From the NCBI GenBank assembly GCA_951406725.2, contig OX597819.1:85870001-85934000 (forward strand): a DNA stretch of 64,000 nucleotides, in the 5' to 3' direction. The notes beneath the pieces are model-generated. The model did not search any database, was not told the DNA's origin, and saw nothing but the letters and a program-made list of their open reading frames with translations. The translations under genes were made by a program, and so were the position numbers. Positions 13,928 to 26,899 of this stretch are shown in pieces. Source of the DNA: Octopus vulgaris (Eukaryota). Position 1 is the stretch's first letter, and each line of letters begins with the position of its first letter.

Positions 13928-14180
13928 TGGAGGCGCGTGGCTTAGTGGTTAGGGTGTCAGCATCATGATCGTAAGATTTTGGTTTCGATTCCTGGACCGG
14001 GCGACTCGTGTTCTTGAACAAAACACTTCATTTCACGTTGCACCAGTCCACTCAGCTGGCAAAAATGAGTAACACTGCGATGGACTGGCGTCCCGTCCAG
14101 CTGGGGCACACATACGCCATTGAAACCGGGAAACCGGGCCCCTGTGCCTGGCTAGGCTTTAAAAGGGCGCATTTATTATT
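13928..14180 (+). mobile_element. tRNA-derived CORE-type SINE, family C
   Basis: A-box GGCTTAGTGG, B-box-like GTTTCGATTCC and CORE-like GTGTTCTTGAACAAAACACTT. Second copy at 29383. Confidence 0.85.
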
Positions 14181-14273
14181 TTATTATGTATGTATATATA
14201 TAAATAGAAGTATATTCAGCCCACACTCGTGTATATATATATATATATATATATATCATATTCAGCCCACTCT

Positions 14274-14305
<32 letters not shown>

Positions 14306-14819
14306 CAGACATATTATACTGGAGAAAGCTGTTTATTAATTAGGTATGTAACAGTTGCTTATAGAAAGCAAATATTAAAGGCTCGACTGTCCGGAATTTT
14401 TTTATAAATTCATGTTCCAAGAAATTTCCTGTAATTTCGGTTTCTGAAGTTTATGGAATATTTGAACTACAAGTTTTTCACAGATTTACATATTCATTGC
14501 ATTTCCTAGGTTGTAGATTTAACACCTTATCCTCGCCATCGCCCGTGGTAATGCTGCGAGCGTGCTGGCATTCTTCAGTACATTCTGTTATTCTTTGTGC
14601 TGTTATACTTTGTGATGAAAAAGAAAATCCCCACATATGGTTTCAATACAATTTTAACAGAAAGATTTGGGAGAATTAGATCAAAGTTCTCCTATAATTC
14701 TCCTTCATGTAAATAAATGTCTCTGTTAATTAAGTTTTTACAGAAAGACTTGGAAGAATTAGATGAAAGTTCTCAGGCAATTTTCTTTCATGTAATAAAG
14801 GTTTGGTGTGGGAGGGAGA

Positions 14820-16430
14820 TATTCTATCCTATCACTGAATTTGGAGGCAAGAAGAATTGCTAACAACCTTAAAGTTAGTAATAGGATAGAATACCTCCCC
14901 ACACGCCAACTCTTTATTACCCTAAAAGACCAGAAAGCTAATTTCAATAGAAACCCTAAATGTAGACTAATTAACCCAGCTAAAACTGAAATAGGCATTA
15001 CTAGCAAATATATTTTAGAAGCAAGTTAAATAGTGAATTAAATTTATGGATTTTGGGAAAATAGCAAGTCAGTGGTTGAAAGCGATTAGCCATAAGCATA
15101 ACTGCAAATCTTCGCAGTTTGATATTGTCGATTTTTACTCATCAATATCTAGGCCTTTGTTTCTAAAAGCATTAGACTTCGCCAAGCAGTATCTTACCAT
15201 CGATAGCTCGAAAATAGATATCCTGCATGTAAGGAAATCCCTTCTTTTTTACGATGATTCCATCTGAGTCAAAAGAGTAAGGATTCTCTTTTCGCTGTAT
15301 TGATGGGGACATATGATGCGGTGGAGTTGTGTATGCTTATAGGAATTTATATTTTGCATAATCTGCATCTAGAATTCCCTTTTATAGATGCAGGATTATA
15401 CAGGGATGGCGGTCTTATAGTCACCCATAATTTAAACGGCTATGAGTTAGATGAACTTAGGAAGAATCTGATTACATTTTTACAAAGAATGTGCTTACGG
15501 ATTACGATAGAAAGTAATCTTAATAACGTAGATTTTTTAGATATCAACTTAGATTTGGAATTAGATAAATTTAAACCCTACTGTAAGCCTAAGGAAAAGC
15601 CGTTATATTAACAAAGAATCTAATCATCCATCTGTAATTCTTAAGATTGAGACAGCATTTCAAAATGCTGCGCCGTATTGCAATAATGCGTTAAGGAAAA
15701 AGTGGATTTTCGGTTTATAGTCAAGTTAATTCTAACAATAATAGACCACATAGAACTAGGACTAGCAAAGTTTTGTGGTTTAACTCTGCATTTAATATTG
15801 CCGTAAAAAATAATATAGGTAGGGAATCCTTAAAATTAGTTTCTAAACATTTTCAATCTAGCCGTAAGTTCTATAGAATATTTAATGGAACACTGAAGGT
15901 TGGCTATTCTTGTTGCAAAACCTTCGCCTCTTTTATCAACCCGCATAACACGAAAATTATTACAAACAACTACAGTGGCGAAGCTAATCTGAGGAACTAC
16001 AACTTCAAAGATAAGACTTACTGTCCGTTGGAAGGAAATTGTCTAGTAAAAGGAATTGTTTATAGAGCCAAAATGTAAGTAGATTGCTCACAAAAATATT
16101 AAACATACACAGGGGTATCGAAAAATTCATTCAAGACCCGATTCTATATTCCCACCGAAATTCTTTCCGATACTCTGAGAAAAGGATAGCAACTAGTCTG
16201 CAAAGCATGTCTGTGAACTGAAAGAAAATGACACCCGTCCTTTCAATGTGAACTAGGAAATTCTAGAAAAAGTATCATCATACAGACAAGGAGCTTATAA
16301 AAGACCTATGAAATGTAATCTTTGCCTCTCAGAAAAAGCCTTCATCTTCTAGGATAAACATGTTTTGAACCAGAGATGCGAGCTCTTAAATTTCTGCAGG
16401 CACGCCACGAGGTTTAAAATGTCGACCGAT
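14820..16430 (+). mobile_element. Decayed Penelope-like element (RT + C-terminal GIY-YIG)
   Basis: FITLKDQK..CRLINPAKTEIG; FDIVDFYSSI; MGTYD..GLYRDGGL (YxDD region); DFLDINLDL; CPLEGNCLVKGIVYRAK..YTG; CNLCLSEK..CRH. Many stops and frameshifts. Confidence 0.9.
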
Positions 16431-16821
16431 AAAATACCATATGCGTAAAATGTTTTGACTTTCGGAACAGTTTGACTGTCACATTTGAATTTGACCATAC
16501 GCGTTATAGTTATTTTGTATTACAATGCTAGTGCATATTTCGACTTCACTTTTAAGAAAGCCTTTGACTGTTTAAGCTTAAGCTTCACCGAGGTTTATTT
16601 TTATTGTTTAATCACTCATTTAATTATGTTATATCATAATTATGTTATAACATAACATAATTAACATTTAGTTATGTTATATTTTAAAATTGTTTGCGTA
16701 TATACGTTATGATGTATATATTTATCTTGATGTGAAAATATGTCTCTATATATATTTATGTGTATATATGTATTGTAGGTATGTGCATGTATATGTATGT
16801 GTGTGCATATATATATGTGTG

Positions 16822-16858
<37 letters not shown>

Positions 16859-17049
16859 TTATATAAATAGATGAGTGTATTTTTACTTTGTTAACAATTA
16901 ACATGGAAAAAATAAATAAATAGTTATCAGGGTAGCAAAAATCTCACAAGTAAAGATGTTGTAACTCCTTGTTTATAAAGGTAGAAACTTCGTGTTTACG
17001 TGGAATATTTTGAATAATATATGACTAAATAAATGGAGTTAACGCAGGT

Positions 17050-17870
17050 GTAAATCAAATATTTTAACTTTCGACACATGTTTCGAAAATTCCAATGATA
17101 CTATTCAAAAGAATAAATGGTATAAACAATGCAATCTTCTCTTCAGGAAAGTGAAAAAAACGAAACTCGTCAATAAGTCATTTTAGCAAAAAATGATGGA
17201 TTTGTATAGTGATTGACTGAACGCTTAACATTGTTTAAAAAAACGTTATATGATATAACGTCATAAGTAGCTTACAGAAAGAGTAGGGATACCAATAGTG
17301 AATGTTAAATATAAAGGAAATTAAAGTTTAAATTATATATAATGATAGAGACTACTTATCGGCACTAAATGTGTGTTTTTGCCAATGTTTACATCTAAAT
17401 GTTCGCTCTATAATCGTGTTTACTAGGGGATTTTTAGAAAGAAATAATGAAAAATAGCTCAGAATTGCAGAGAAGACAGAATTCCTTGCCTTTGTCATAA
17501 GGTATCGAAATTGAGAGAATCAACCATTCTAAATGAAATTGTTCATTGTGGTCTTTTAAATTCCAAATCAGTTTGCTGAGACCGGTACCATTACGTTTAT
17601 TTCTATTGGATAGAAATTCTTTTAGATAACTCTAACGATGTGCTTCCAATGTAAAATCGTACTTTATTACGCGTACTGATTATACACTGGTATATAGATT
17701 TTTTAATCTTAGAGTTACTTGATATAAACTTAATTCTATTGGAATTGACTTCAGATACAATAACCTTGTTATTAATATTTCTAGAGGGTTGGATGGTATT
17801 AGATAAATTAATGTTAGTATTAGTAAATGTATTAATATTTAACAGTTTGTTTTTATGTGAAGAGATATAG
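17050..17870 (-). mobile_element. Penelope-like element 3' fragment (GIY-YIG + 3' tail with hammerhead)
   Basis: The minus strand reads SIYQCIISTRNKVRFYIGSTS ... WLILSISIPYDKGKEFCLLCNSE...RCKH, followed by a hammerhead. Confidence 0.85.
17067..17152 (-). ncRNA. Type-I hammerhead ribozyme, intact catalytic core
   Basis: actttc-CTGAAGA-gaagatt...aattttc-GAAA-catgtg-TC-gaaagt. Stem I is a perfect 6 bp, stem II is extended and closed by G-C, and the cleavage triplet is GUC. Confidence 0.85.
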
Positions 17871-18759
17871 TTCTATATATATATATATTTATATACATAT
17901 ATATGTGTGCGTATATGTATATGTGTATATACTTTTATATAGGTGGGCATGAATTTGCGTACATATTCTTTGTATATTTGTATGCGTATCTATATGTGCG
18001 TGTATTTGTATGTATATTTGTATTCATGTAGTTATACATGTAATTTTATGTGTGGGTTTTTATGTGTTCGTTTCGCGAGCTAAACGAAGTATCTAAACAT
18101 CTTTAAATACTTTTCGAGCGCCATCAATTCAACATCTCTATCCCTATATACTTTTTCCCTTCCTCTCTCTAGTTTTTTGGTCTTTGCTTTTATTTCTTTT
18201 TCTTGCTTTCTACTGTTTTATTTCTCCCCTCTACTTATTATTATCTGTTTCTTTTCTCTTTCTTTCTTTCGCCTGTAACAACTAACTTGTATAAGCATTC
18301 GCCAGGAGATTTTGTGCACGTGGGTGTGCATGCGTGCATACATATATATATCCATTTGTATATATTTATGTCTTGTAAATAGTCATATATCTGCGTCTGT
18401 ATGTTTAGTGTATATATGTATATTACGGATTGTTTGGTATGTGTATATACTGCTAAATGTATATGCAATCTAACGTGAAATTGATTTTAACCGAATATAT
18501 CTTTTAATCTATTTTTTATTAATATTTTACAGCTAATTATCTACCCTGGGTATTCAGGCCTTTTCCTCCTTTATAAGCTGCTTTTGATTTAAGGTTTTCT
18601 TCGATTTCTTATAATTAATGATATGATTTTAAACTGCAATTTGTTATTGCATGCAACCGGAACGTGAAACTTTGAGTAACAGTTTTTGTGATATTTTTGC
18701 TGCTTTTTAATAAAATATATATATGTGTGTGTGTAGATAGACAGATGTATGTATGTATG

Positions 18760-18830
<71 letters not shown>

Positions 18831-19259
18831 GTGCGTGCAAGTATTTAAACAAGGTAGCCTATAATTTAAGCTTTTCCTGAGCTCTAGATATAGCAGTCTA
18901 TATATATAATATCAGAGTAACAGTCTATCACTGTACGTGCTAATTTTCTTGAAACAAAATGTCAGATACTGTAGTGCAAATTTACTTGCTCATAGGAAAA
19001 GTGTAAAGTTATGTATGTCGCCATATATGTGTATACAAATATATACTAGTTTATTCATCACACTTAAAGTAGAGATACTTTTGTCTCTATAAGATAACAT
19101 ATCATATAGACCTATAGTGTTGAAGAACACAGTAATATATCAGTAGCAGAAGAAAATCACCCGGCAGTGATGGTAAGATTACTAAATACGTTTTTCTGTC
19201 TCTTCGTCCGTAGGAGTTATCCGTAGTTAACTGCATATTTAGACAAGCTCAACCACTAG

Positions 19260-19304
<45 letters not shown>

Positions 19305-19308
<4 letters not shown>

Positions 19309-19700
19309 AGATCGCCATGATAGATTGTTAGTCACTACACACATTTTTCTGTCCTTGTTTCTCCCCTTGTTTTTTTTCTGTGTCCCTTTCTGTAGAAGAG
19401 CGTAGGCTCGAAACCTAAAAGACTTTTTCTATTCCTGAGCGTTATACTAATACATCTGTTTGTTTTGTACACCACCTGTCTTCGTCTTTTGTTTTTTTCG
19501 TAAACTCTCCCTATATATATATATATGGGGGGGGGGGAGAATTCACGAAAAGAACAAAAGATGAAGACAGGGGGTGTAGAAAACAGACAGATGTATTAGT
19601 ATAACGCTCGGGAATTGAAAAGAGTCTTTAATGTTTCCAGCCTACGCTCTTCCTCAGAAAGAAACAAGGAGAGAAAAATGTAAATGTGAGTTGTTCAATT
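19305..19700. mobile_element. Inverted pair of a ~200-bp short element carrying a minimal hammerhead
   Basis: 19320-19512(+) and 19536-19695(-) are diverged reverse complements. Motifs: cttt-CTGTAGA-a-gagc gtag gctc-GAAA (19386-19421) and cttt-CTGAGGA-a-gagc gtag gctg-GAAA (minus). A third copy is at 35075. Confidence 0.7.
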
Positions 19701-19929
19701 TGGGGAGTAATATCAGTATCGCATTTTACCTGATTAAAGTATTTTATGAAAAAAGAAAACGAAGAGAAGAGATGTGTTATGTAGATTTAAGAGGAGAATC
19801 ACTACATCAACAATGCGGGGAAATCATAATAGTGAGGGGTGGGTGGGAGTTGATGGTGCCACAAGGAAAAATAATTTTGAGAAATGTAAGTAAAACGAGA
19901 GAAAAGCATGAAAAATTGCGCAAAGATGA

Positions 19930-20430
19930 AAAGTAAGATTGAAATGCATTCAAATATTCATGCACATGTGAAAATGTTTAATTCCATAATGAACATTTTC
20001 TTGATTATCTCCGGTCTGGTCTTTAAACTGAGGTTTTTATTATAGGAGTTATAAAGTTTTTCTACTTACCCTGCTGTGTACAGATCGCATCTTTTAACTC
20101 CAGGTGTTTTGTGCCTGTTTTAAAGAAATTCCAGTTATTTTCCATGCAGTATTGTAATCCTGCGCTCCATTTTTCTGTATATGTCAAATGGAACATGTAT
20201 GATTATTGAATCCTTGCTTACTTTGTTCTTCTACCATACATGTGTATTGTTTACTTGCCTCATTTAGGTTGAATTATATACCCGTGTTCTTTACAGCATC
20301 AATCAAGGCGTTATTTTATAAAATAAGTCTATATTTGTGTTTCTTCAGAGCATGTGACTTTAGTTTTATTGGTGTATGTGTTATGTAAATAGCGTTTGTT
20401 GCTATTAATAACCGTCGAGAATGTGTCGTA
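19930..20430 (-). mobile_element. Highly degenerate Penelope-type GIY-YIG fragment
   Basis: Minus-strand YTCMVEEQSKQGFNNHTCSI resembles YIGMTExxFKxRxNNHxxSF. Confidence 0.4.
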
Positions 20431-21169
20431 GCTCTTCACTCCGACATTTGAAACTCCGAGTACTATAATGATAACGTTTATACTGTTTCTTCTAAATTAT
20501 AACACACACACATACATGCATGATGCAACTCTTTTTACTTTTCGATTTATCTAAATTGGATTTAACATGAACTGAAATAAGATTTGTAAACGTCATTATA
20601 TTATGCCGCCTCATTTTATTTTATAGTAAGGCGAGGTGCCAAGGAAATACAACAAATTTATCGACTGTATCTTTTTAGGTGGAGAGGTTGGAAATCCCAC
20701 TAACAATATTACTGATGACGCTTTTAAATCTGTATAATGTAAAAAACGATTTTCATTACATTTTCCGAATGATATACAGAAGTTTCTTTTTCAGTCTACA
20801 TTAGTAGAGAAAAAAAGCAGCAGTAACTAAGTTAGTGGCTATCGTCATTTTAAGACTGAAAAATGCTATAAGTTTTCATTATATTCTTCTACAATTCGTC
20901 CAGAGTTTGACTCGTTATAATTTTGTTAAATCTTATTGATCATCAATGTAAAAAACCAAGTTATGTTGTAAATTGCTTTGTAAGAAAATCTAAGATGTAC
21001 AATATTGTATGATAACATATATCAGGACTGTCAGATAATCCCATACGTATGGCGTAGGAATGTATCAAGGTTTCTGACATAGGCGGTGTCCTAATTAAAC
21101 AACTGTTCTGTCTTTTCTCTTACAAAATCACTGTCAATTATTGTTTGGTCATTCTTAGCAGATTCTAGG

Positions 21170-21495
21170 GTGCAGCTTCAGAATGATCATGGTATAGCAC
21201 CTAGAAAGTTATCTTCCAAGACACAAGTCTGGGCATGATTGTTTATGGAAAACCAGCAGTTGCCCATGCATATCAGCCTCCCCTCTCCACACCACTGATG
21301 TTACCCAATGGAAAGGTAAAGGCATCTATAGCTTGGTACCAGTGACGTCGCAACTCATTTGTACTGAGTGAACCGGAGCAACGTGACATAAAATGTTTTG
21401 CTCAAGAACACAGCACACAGCCCTGTCAGGGAATCGAACTCACTACCTCGTGATTGTGAGTCTGACACTCTAACTAGTGAGCCATGTGCCTTCAC
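21170..21495 (-). mobile_element. CORE-type SINE related to family C, with a different tail
   Basis: Minus-strand GGCACATGGCTCACTAGTTAG..GAGTTCGATTCC..GTGTTCTTGAGCAAAACA. Confidence 0.75.
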
Positions 21496-22060
21496 AGTTT
21501 CGGATATGGAAAGAGTAAAATTAAACATTTTCGAACTAAGTAAATCAAAATATAGATTTATTTTTGAGAACTTAATGGACCAGTTAATGATGTCGTTCTT
21601 AGTACTCCACTAATGTAGATTAATAGTTTTCCTAATGTTATTGTTAATGTTGTTTAAAGTGATTTTACTACCTTTAAATAAATTTCATTTAGTTGGGATA
21701 ATTGATACGAATTTCAGGTTAAATGTACTTTGACAGTTGAATAGTTATAAAACACTTGCCATTTAGTTATGATTTACAATCTATTTCGTAGTTTAAGCTT
21801 AGCTTTTCGCTGCTTTTCGCTTTAAGTGGTTGTTTAGATGTTGCCTTATCTATTTCATATAGGTTTCTTGTTGTGTCAGAAAATAAGCAGTGCATTATTA
21901 GCTTTCTTAATTTGTTTCGTGGCAAGTATAGATTTACTTTTGATTCAGAGGTTAAATTAACTTGGGTATGAAAGTTCTAACTTTTAATATCATTCTTGTT
22001 AATCTGTAATGTCAATTAAGTCCGAAACAAATGAGGTCGCTTTTCAGATGCATTAAACAG

Positions 22061-22255
22061 CGGCTTTGACTCTGACACATTGTGTAATGAAATCAAAGAT
22101 ATACCAAAGCGATGATCACACATATAACGGATTTGTTTATGTCAGTTCGATTATTGTTGACCTAGAGCTAAATGACAATAGAACTCGTCTACGACATTTC
22201 TACTTCACATCGGGATCGACGTACAACAGAACAGTTCTCTCCACAGATGATAAGG
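22061..22255 (+). pseudogene. Exon-like segment, possible paralog of 29978 and 34829
   Basis: aacag|CG..AAG|gtac bounds an open frame ..VMKSKIYQSDDHTYNGFVYVSSIIVDLELNDNRTRLRHFYFTSGS.. Similarity to the other two segments is weak and judged by eye. Confidence 0.3.
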
Positions 22256-22409
22256 TACAATTTGAATACATAACCGTGGTTTTATCCGATAACTATTTGC
22301 TACTTTCTGTGGTGCAGTGATATAATTTTATTTATAGTCGTTTTATACGTTCGACAATATCTTTAAGATTGGAAAGTGAAGATCATAATATAATTGGTGT
22401 TACGCAGGA

Positions 22410-23345
22410 CAATGAGCAGGATGAGTGTCCGAAAAATAAATTGCAATATTTACTTACTCGGATGACGAAACTGTAGCCGTCAGTAAAAAAATGGGTCAAC
22501 CTAATTGAGGGATCGGAGTTCTTTTTGAAACAGGTTTAACGTTTTACAGTAAAAAACAACTTCACATGCGCTTCGAAAAACCTAATATATGTATTAACTT
22601 GCTGAAGGTATCGAGAGCAATATAGTGGCCAAACCCAAAACAGTCTACGTCAAAGGATGACACTACATATATCCCAGATTAAAATACAGAAAAGTAGCAT
22701 TTAGCGAACACATCGACATTTGCGCCAGTAATTAACAACCTAAGAGTTTTTCCCCTCTATAAATTCAGGGACGACGCAACCTAATCTGTGCATTAACAAA
22801 GAGTCATATTTCAGAGCAAAATATAAACCCTTTTTCAATGCGTCCACCACAAATGACACTGCAGCAAGGGTTTTATAATAATACCCAGGCAAATATTAAA
22901 ACGATATATTAAGAACAGTAACCACCCATGAATTTATGCAGAACAATTTCAATCACTACTATTATAACGACAAGAGGTCACTTTTAGTTCACTTGACCAT
23001 TTAAGAGGATTCCACCAATATCCTACTAGTCATACCACTCCCGTATTTTCTAATTCTTTCTCTTCTTTTCTGTCTTCTTCTTACTACCTACTACCAAACC
23101 GTCACAAGAGTAAAACACACACACACACATACACACAGTAAAAAGGAAAATATGTCCCTTGCATTTGAAAACTAGGGAAATATTTAAAGAAAAAACATTT
23201 AATCTAATTTTGCCACAATTTAATTGTTTTTCATGCTTTGGTTGAAAAAACTCGCTTTGGAAACCGGTACTAAATGCATTTTCTCCCTTGTCTTATTTTC
23301 CTTTTTTACTGTAAAACATTAACCCTGTTTGAAGAGGAACTATGT
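22410..23345. mobile_element. Degenerate hammerhead/fold-back relic
   Basis: GATGA-gtgtccg..cggatgac-GAAAC..GTC at 22419-22481. Segment 22513-22556 is repeated inverted at 23302-23341. Confidence 0.4.
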
Positions 23346-26020
23346 GTGTTATTTTTTAACCTTCCTTATATTTAGCGCTGGGGTCGATGTAATCGACAAA
23401 TCGTCTCCCCGAAATTACTGGTATTGTACCAAAATTTGAAGCCAATATTATGGATATTCTGCAAATACATATGAATATGTTAGCAGTTGAGGGATGTTGG
23501 AAATGAAAATAGAAATCAGAGGCATTTAGTATAGTTGCAGAAGCGAAATTGACGAGTTTCCTAATTCTTCCTGTATTTTAGTGACACGTTGCCTAAAAAG
23601 AAAATTTATGTAGGATATTATTATCTAAACACCTACATTTGAAATTGAACAATGTTAAATATGATATTCAAAATAATGATTTTGGAAATTTATATTTTCG
23701 TGATGAGCTCAGTAAATTTATAGTTTGCTAGGAAATTACAAAACATCTTTCTTTACAATGTAGTAAAGATAAGCCCGCCAGGGAGAAAAAAATTCGCCCT
23801 CTCAACTCTGCAAAAAATTGAAAGTAGCTCTTCAGTTTTATAGAGCTGGCATCTAGGAAATGTATAATGCTTATCTGCATGTAAAGAGGCGGATAAAATT
23901 GACAGTTCAGAAGAGCTTGATTATAGATGTAAACAGAACAAGCAACAAATTATGGTCTCTTCAGACGTATTTCGAAAGCATTTCAACAATGTCAACGTTA
24001 ACTCTTAATATAATTAAAGTAAATGAATAGTAAAAGAAAAAAACAAAAAGGAAAAGATAAGCTGTGTCGATTTTCGTCAAGTAAAAGTAAAGAAAAAAAA
24101 TTAGCTAAAAGTTATCATTTCACAGGAATGCTATAATACTTCCGAAAAGATGTTTTATGTATTTTGTTTTGTCGTTACCAATATTATTAGGAAGCAACTG
24201 GAGAGAAGATTTACTCTGTTTGTGTTACATGCATTCAATGGTTGCTGAAAGTTTTAAAGTTAATTTTCATGAGTGTTAATTTAAATAACATCTTTACATG
24301 TTTTCATCTATCAATTCACTTCTGTATAAATGTCCTGCAAATATTGTCTCTATCTTTTCTGACACAGTATGATTATTATCAAAATATTTTTCATGTGGAT
24401 AAATATTATAAAATATAGTGTGTTTTATTGTCCTATTACATTGTTTGTTGGCGGTTTAAGAAGTTGTGGGAAAAGTTTCTAATATATCGATAAAATAAGT
24501 ATCAGTTGAGCACTGGGGGTCGATATAGTCGACTTACCTCCCCCCCCCCAAAAAAAAGAAATTGCTGACTTTGTACCAAAATTTGAAATTATTATTATTG
24601 TTATTCGGAAATTAAGTCAATATAATAAAAAATGCCATGTGTAAAAGTGCATGAAGAAATAGATTTAACATTTTAAATATTGTCTATGCAATATTTGGTA
24701 TATAAAATCGCTTATCCATAGTATACACCTAGAATCTCAAATATTTAAAATTAAATTTAAATTTAGAGCTGAAAAGTGAAATTCTATGTGTATATTTATT
24801 GCGACATTTCAACTCAGCATTCATAACTTTCATTCCAGTTCATTTATTTATTCACGTGTTAATCCAAAAGTTCTTTTTTTATTCCTTCGCCACATTTCAT
24901 TATAAATATAATCACTGCCTTAATCTTATCAGTATACTTATGGTTTCGTTTCTTTAGCGTATAATTCTACTTCCTTTATCTTTGAACTATTTCGATTTCT
25001 TCAGCGAAGTAATCTGATGTATTTAAATGCTTAGGAAAATAAAGAAGAAAAATAAAACACTGATTTCTAACTTTGTAATAGGGTCAAACATTTTAGACTA
25101 TAAATAGTCACCGATTATTTGAAGGAAAAACGCTTAATTCTTGTCTCTGTCACCCTAGTGATAAATATATATCGATTGTAAATAAGAACGGATCGACACT
25201 GTAAGGAATGAAGCGGATGTAAATTTAACATTGTTGCATTATCTAAGTTGTCAATCTGCTCCGGTGTGTGCAATAAGAAAACCGCCATGTTAAATACAAA
25301 TCCTGAAAATATATTGACAGTAGCAAGATTACCGGTTTAAACCTCATATTTAAGTAAACAGATGAAACAAATTCCGATTAAGAAGATAAAATGAAAGGAG
25401 CGAAATGATAAATATAGGACAGATAAAATGATATTTCGAATTTTTTAAAATTCCTGTGACTAGTGGAAGGCTTTCAAGACAAAGGAACTTCATGTTACTA
25501 ACTTTCCCTTAAAACTGTCGTAGGTCAACATATACAGGGCAGATATAAACAGGAACAAAATACCAGGAGACCAATGTTCTGGAGCGGCTGTTAGTAAGGG
25601 GGCGGAGAGTTGAACACAAAAAGAGAGACGAAGGGGTCGTTGTGCCTGATTAATGGAGGTACGAGAACAGCCAGCGCTTAGGGTAGAAAAACAGCTAGAT
25701 TGAAGTGACAGAGAGAGGAGCGAGCATGCTCGTGTGACGGAGGCTGGATTGTGTCTCTTAATAGTTGTTTAGCAATCAATCGAATGGTAGTTCTTTTTTC
25801 TGTATATACTCCAGGATGTCTGTGCTTAACTGCAGCACTCTTCTAGATTTTAGAACTTCTCTAAAGCGACAGCCCTATGGTTAGTGACAAAAGCCAGTGG
25901 GTCACCGGTTCTCTGAAAGTCGGACTGGAGGATACTGAGGAGAGAGAAAGAGCTTCAAATTGTTATTGAATGTCACTCTTAGTGGGTATCTCTATAAACT
26001 CAGAGATGCTAGAAGTGAGA

Positions 26021-26130
26021 CTCTTCTTCTTCTTCTTCTTCTTCTTCTTCTTCTTCTTCTTCTTCTTCTTCTTCTTCTTCTTCTCCTCCTCCTCCTCCTC
26101 CTCCTCCTTCTCCCCCTCCTCTTCCTCCTC

Positions 26131-26208
<78 letters not shown>

Positions 26209-26215
26209 AATAATT
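26021..26215. repeat. Compound (CTT)n(CCT)n(ATT)n microsatellite
   Basis: Direct observation. Confidence 0.95.
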
Positions 26216-26229
26216 AAAGCGGCGAGCAC

Positions 26230-26495
26230 GCTGGACGAATTACTTAGAACCCTCCTGATAATCCTTGCTGTCCTTAAGAGACAAACTTTCTGTCGGAGTT
26301 CTACCGGGCATTTTATTTTAATCTCTTTCAGACATTTGTCTATATCTTGGCTTACCGTTTCCAATGCACCAATTATTATAGGCACGACCTTTACTGTTCG
26401 CATACTCCAAATTCTTCCTATTTTAAATTTTAAGGGATTCTATTTTTGGTTTTTCTTCTACCTTCTTTGCGATCCTGGAATCAAACAAGCATGAT
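26230..26495 (-). mobile_element. R4/Dong-type (RLE) LINE 3' fragment
   Basis: VKVVPIIIGALETVS...LRQKVCLLRTARIIRRVL matches the RLE C-terminus. (TTA)n on both sides. Confidence 0.8.
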
Positions 26496-26537
26496 GGGTC
26501 AGTAAGTAAGCAACTTCGCTTTATTATTATTATTATT

Positions 26538-26728
26538 AAGGTGGCGAACTGTCATAACTTCAATGCTTCGGAGTTTGCGTCAGTCTTCACCTTTTGAGTT
26601 CAAATTCCGCCGACGTTGACTTTGCCTTTCATTCTTTCGGAGTCGATAAAATAAGAATCAGTTGAGCGCTGGGGCCAATGTAATACACTTACCCGAACTT
26701 GCTGGCCTTGTGCAACATTTTGAAACCC
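26538..26728 (+). mobile_element. Family A SINE
   Basis: GAGTTCAAATTCCGCCGACGTTGACTTTGCCTTTCAT. Confidence 0.8.
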
Positions 26729-26856
26729 TTCTTCTTCTTCTTCTTCTTCTTCTTCTTCTTCTTCTTCTTCTTCTTCTTCTTCTTCTTCTTCTTCTTCTTC
26801 TTCTTCTTCTTCTTCTTCTTCTTCTTCTTCTTCTTCGTCGTCGTCGTCGTCGTCGT
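26728..26856. repeat. (CTT)n(CGT)n microsatellite
   Basis: Direct observation. Confidence 0.95.
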
Positions 26857-26899
26857 TTTCTTAGCACTAGTAGTATTTTTATGCACTTGACTGGTGACA

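Noticed and set aside
13928-14000. tRNA genes at SINE heads (also 11710, 29383)
   Set aside because: A/B boxes are present, but the cloverleafs are incomplete and continue into multi-copy SINE bodies.
14820-16430. Selenocysteine read-through (Naiad-type PLE) for in-frame TGA
   Set aside because: GIY-YIG is C-terminal here, and TAA/TAG stops and frameshifts also occur, indicating simple decay.
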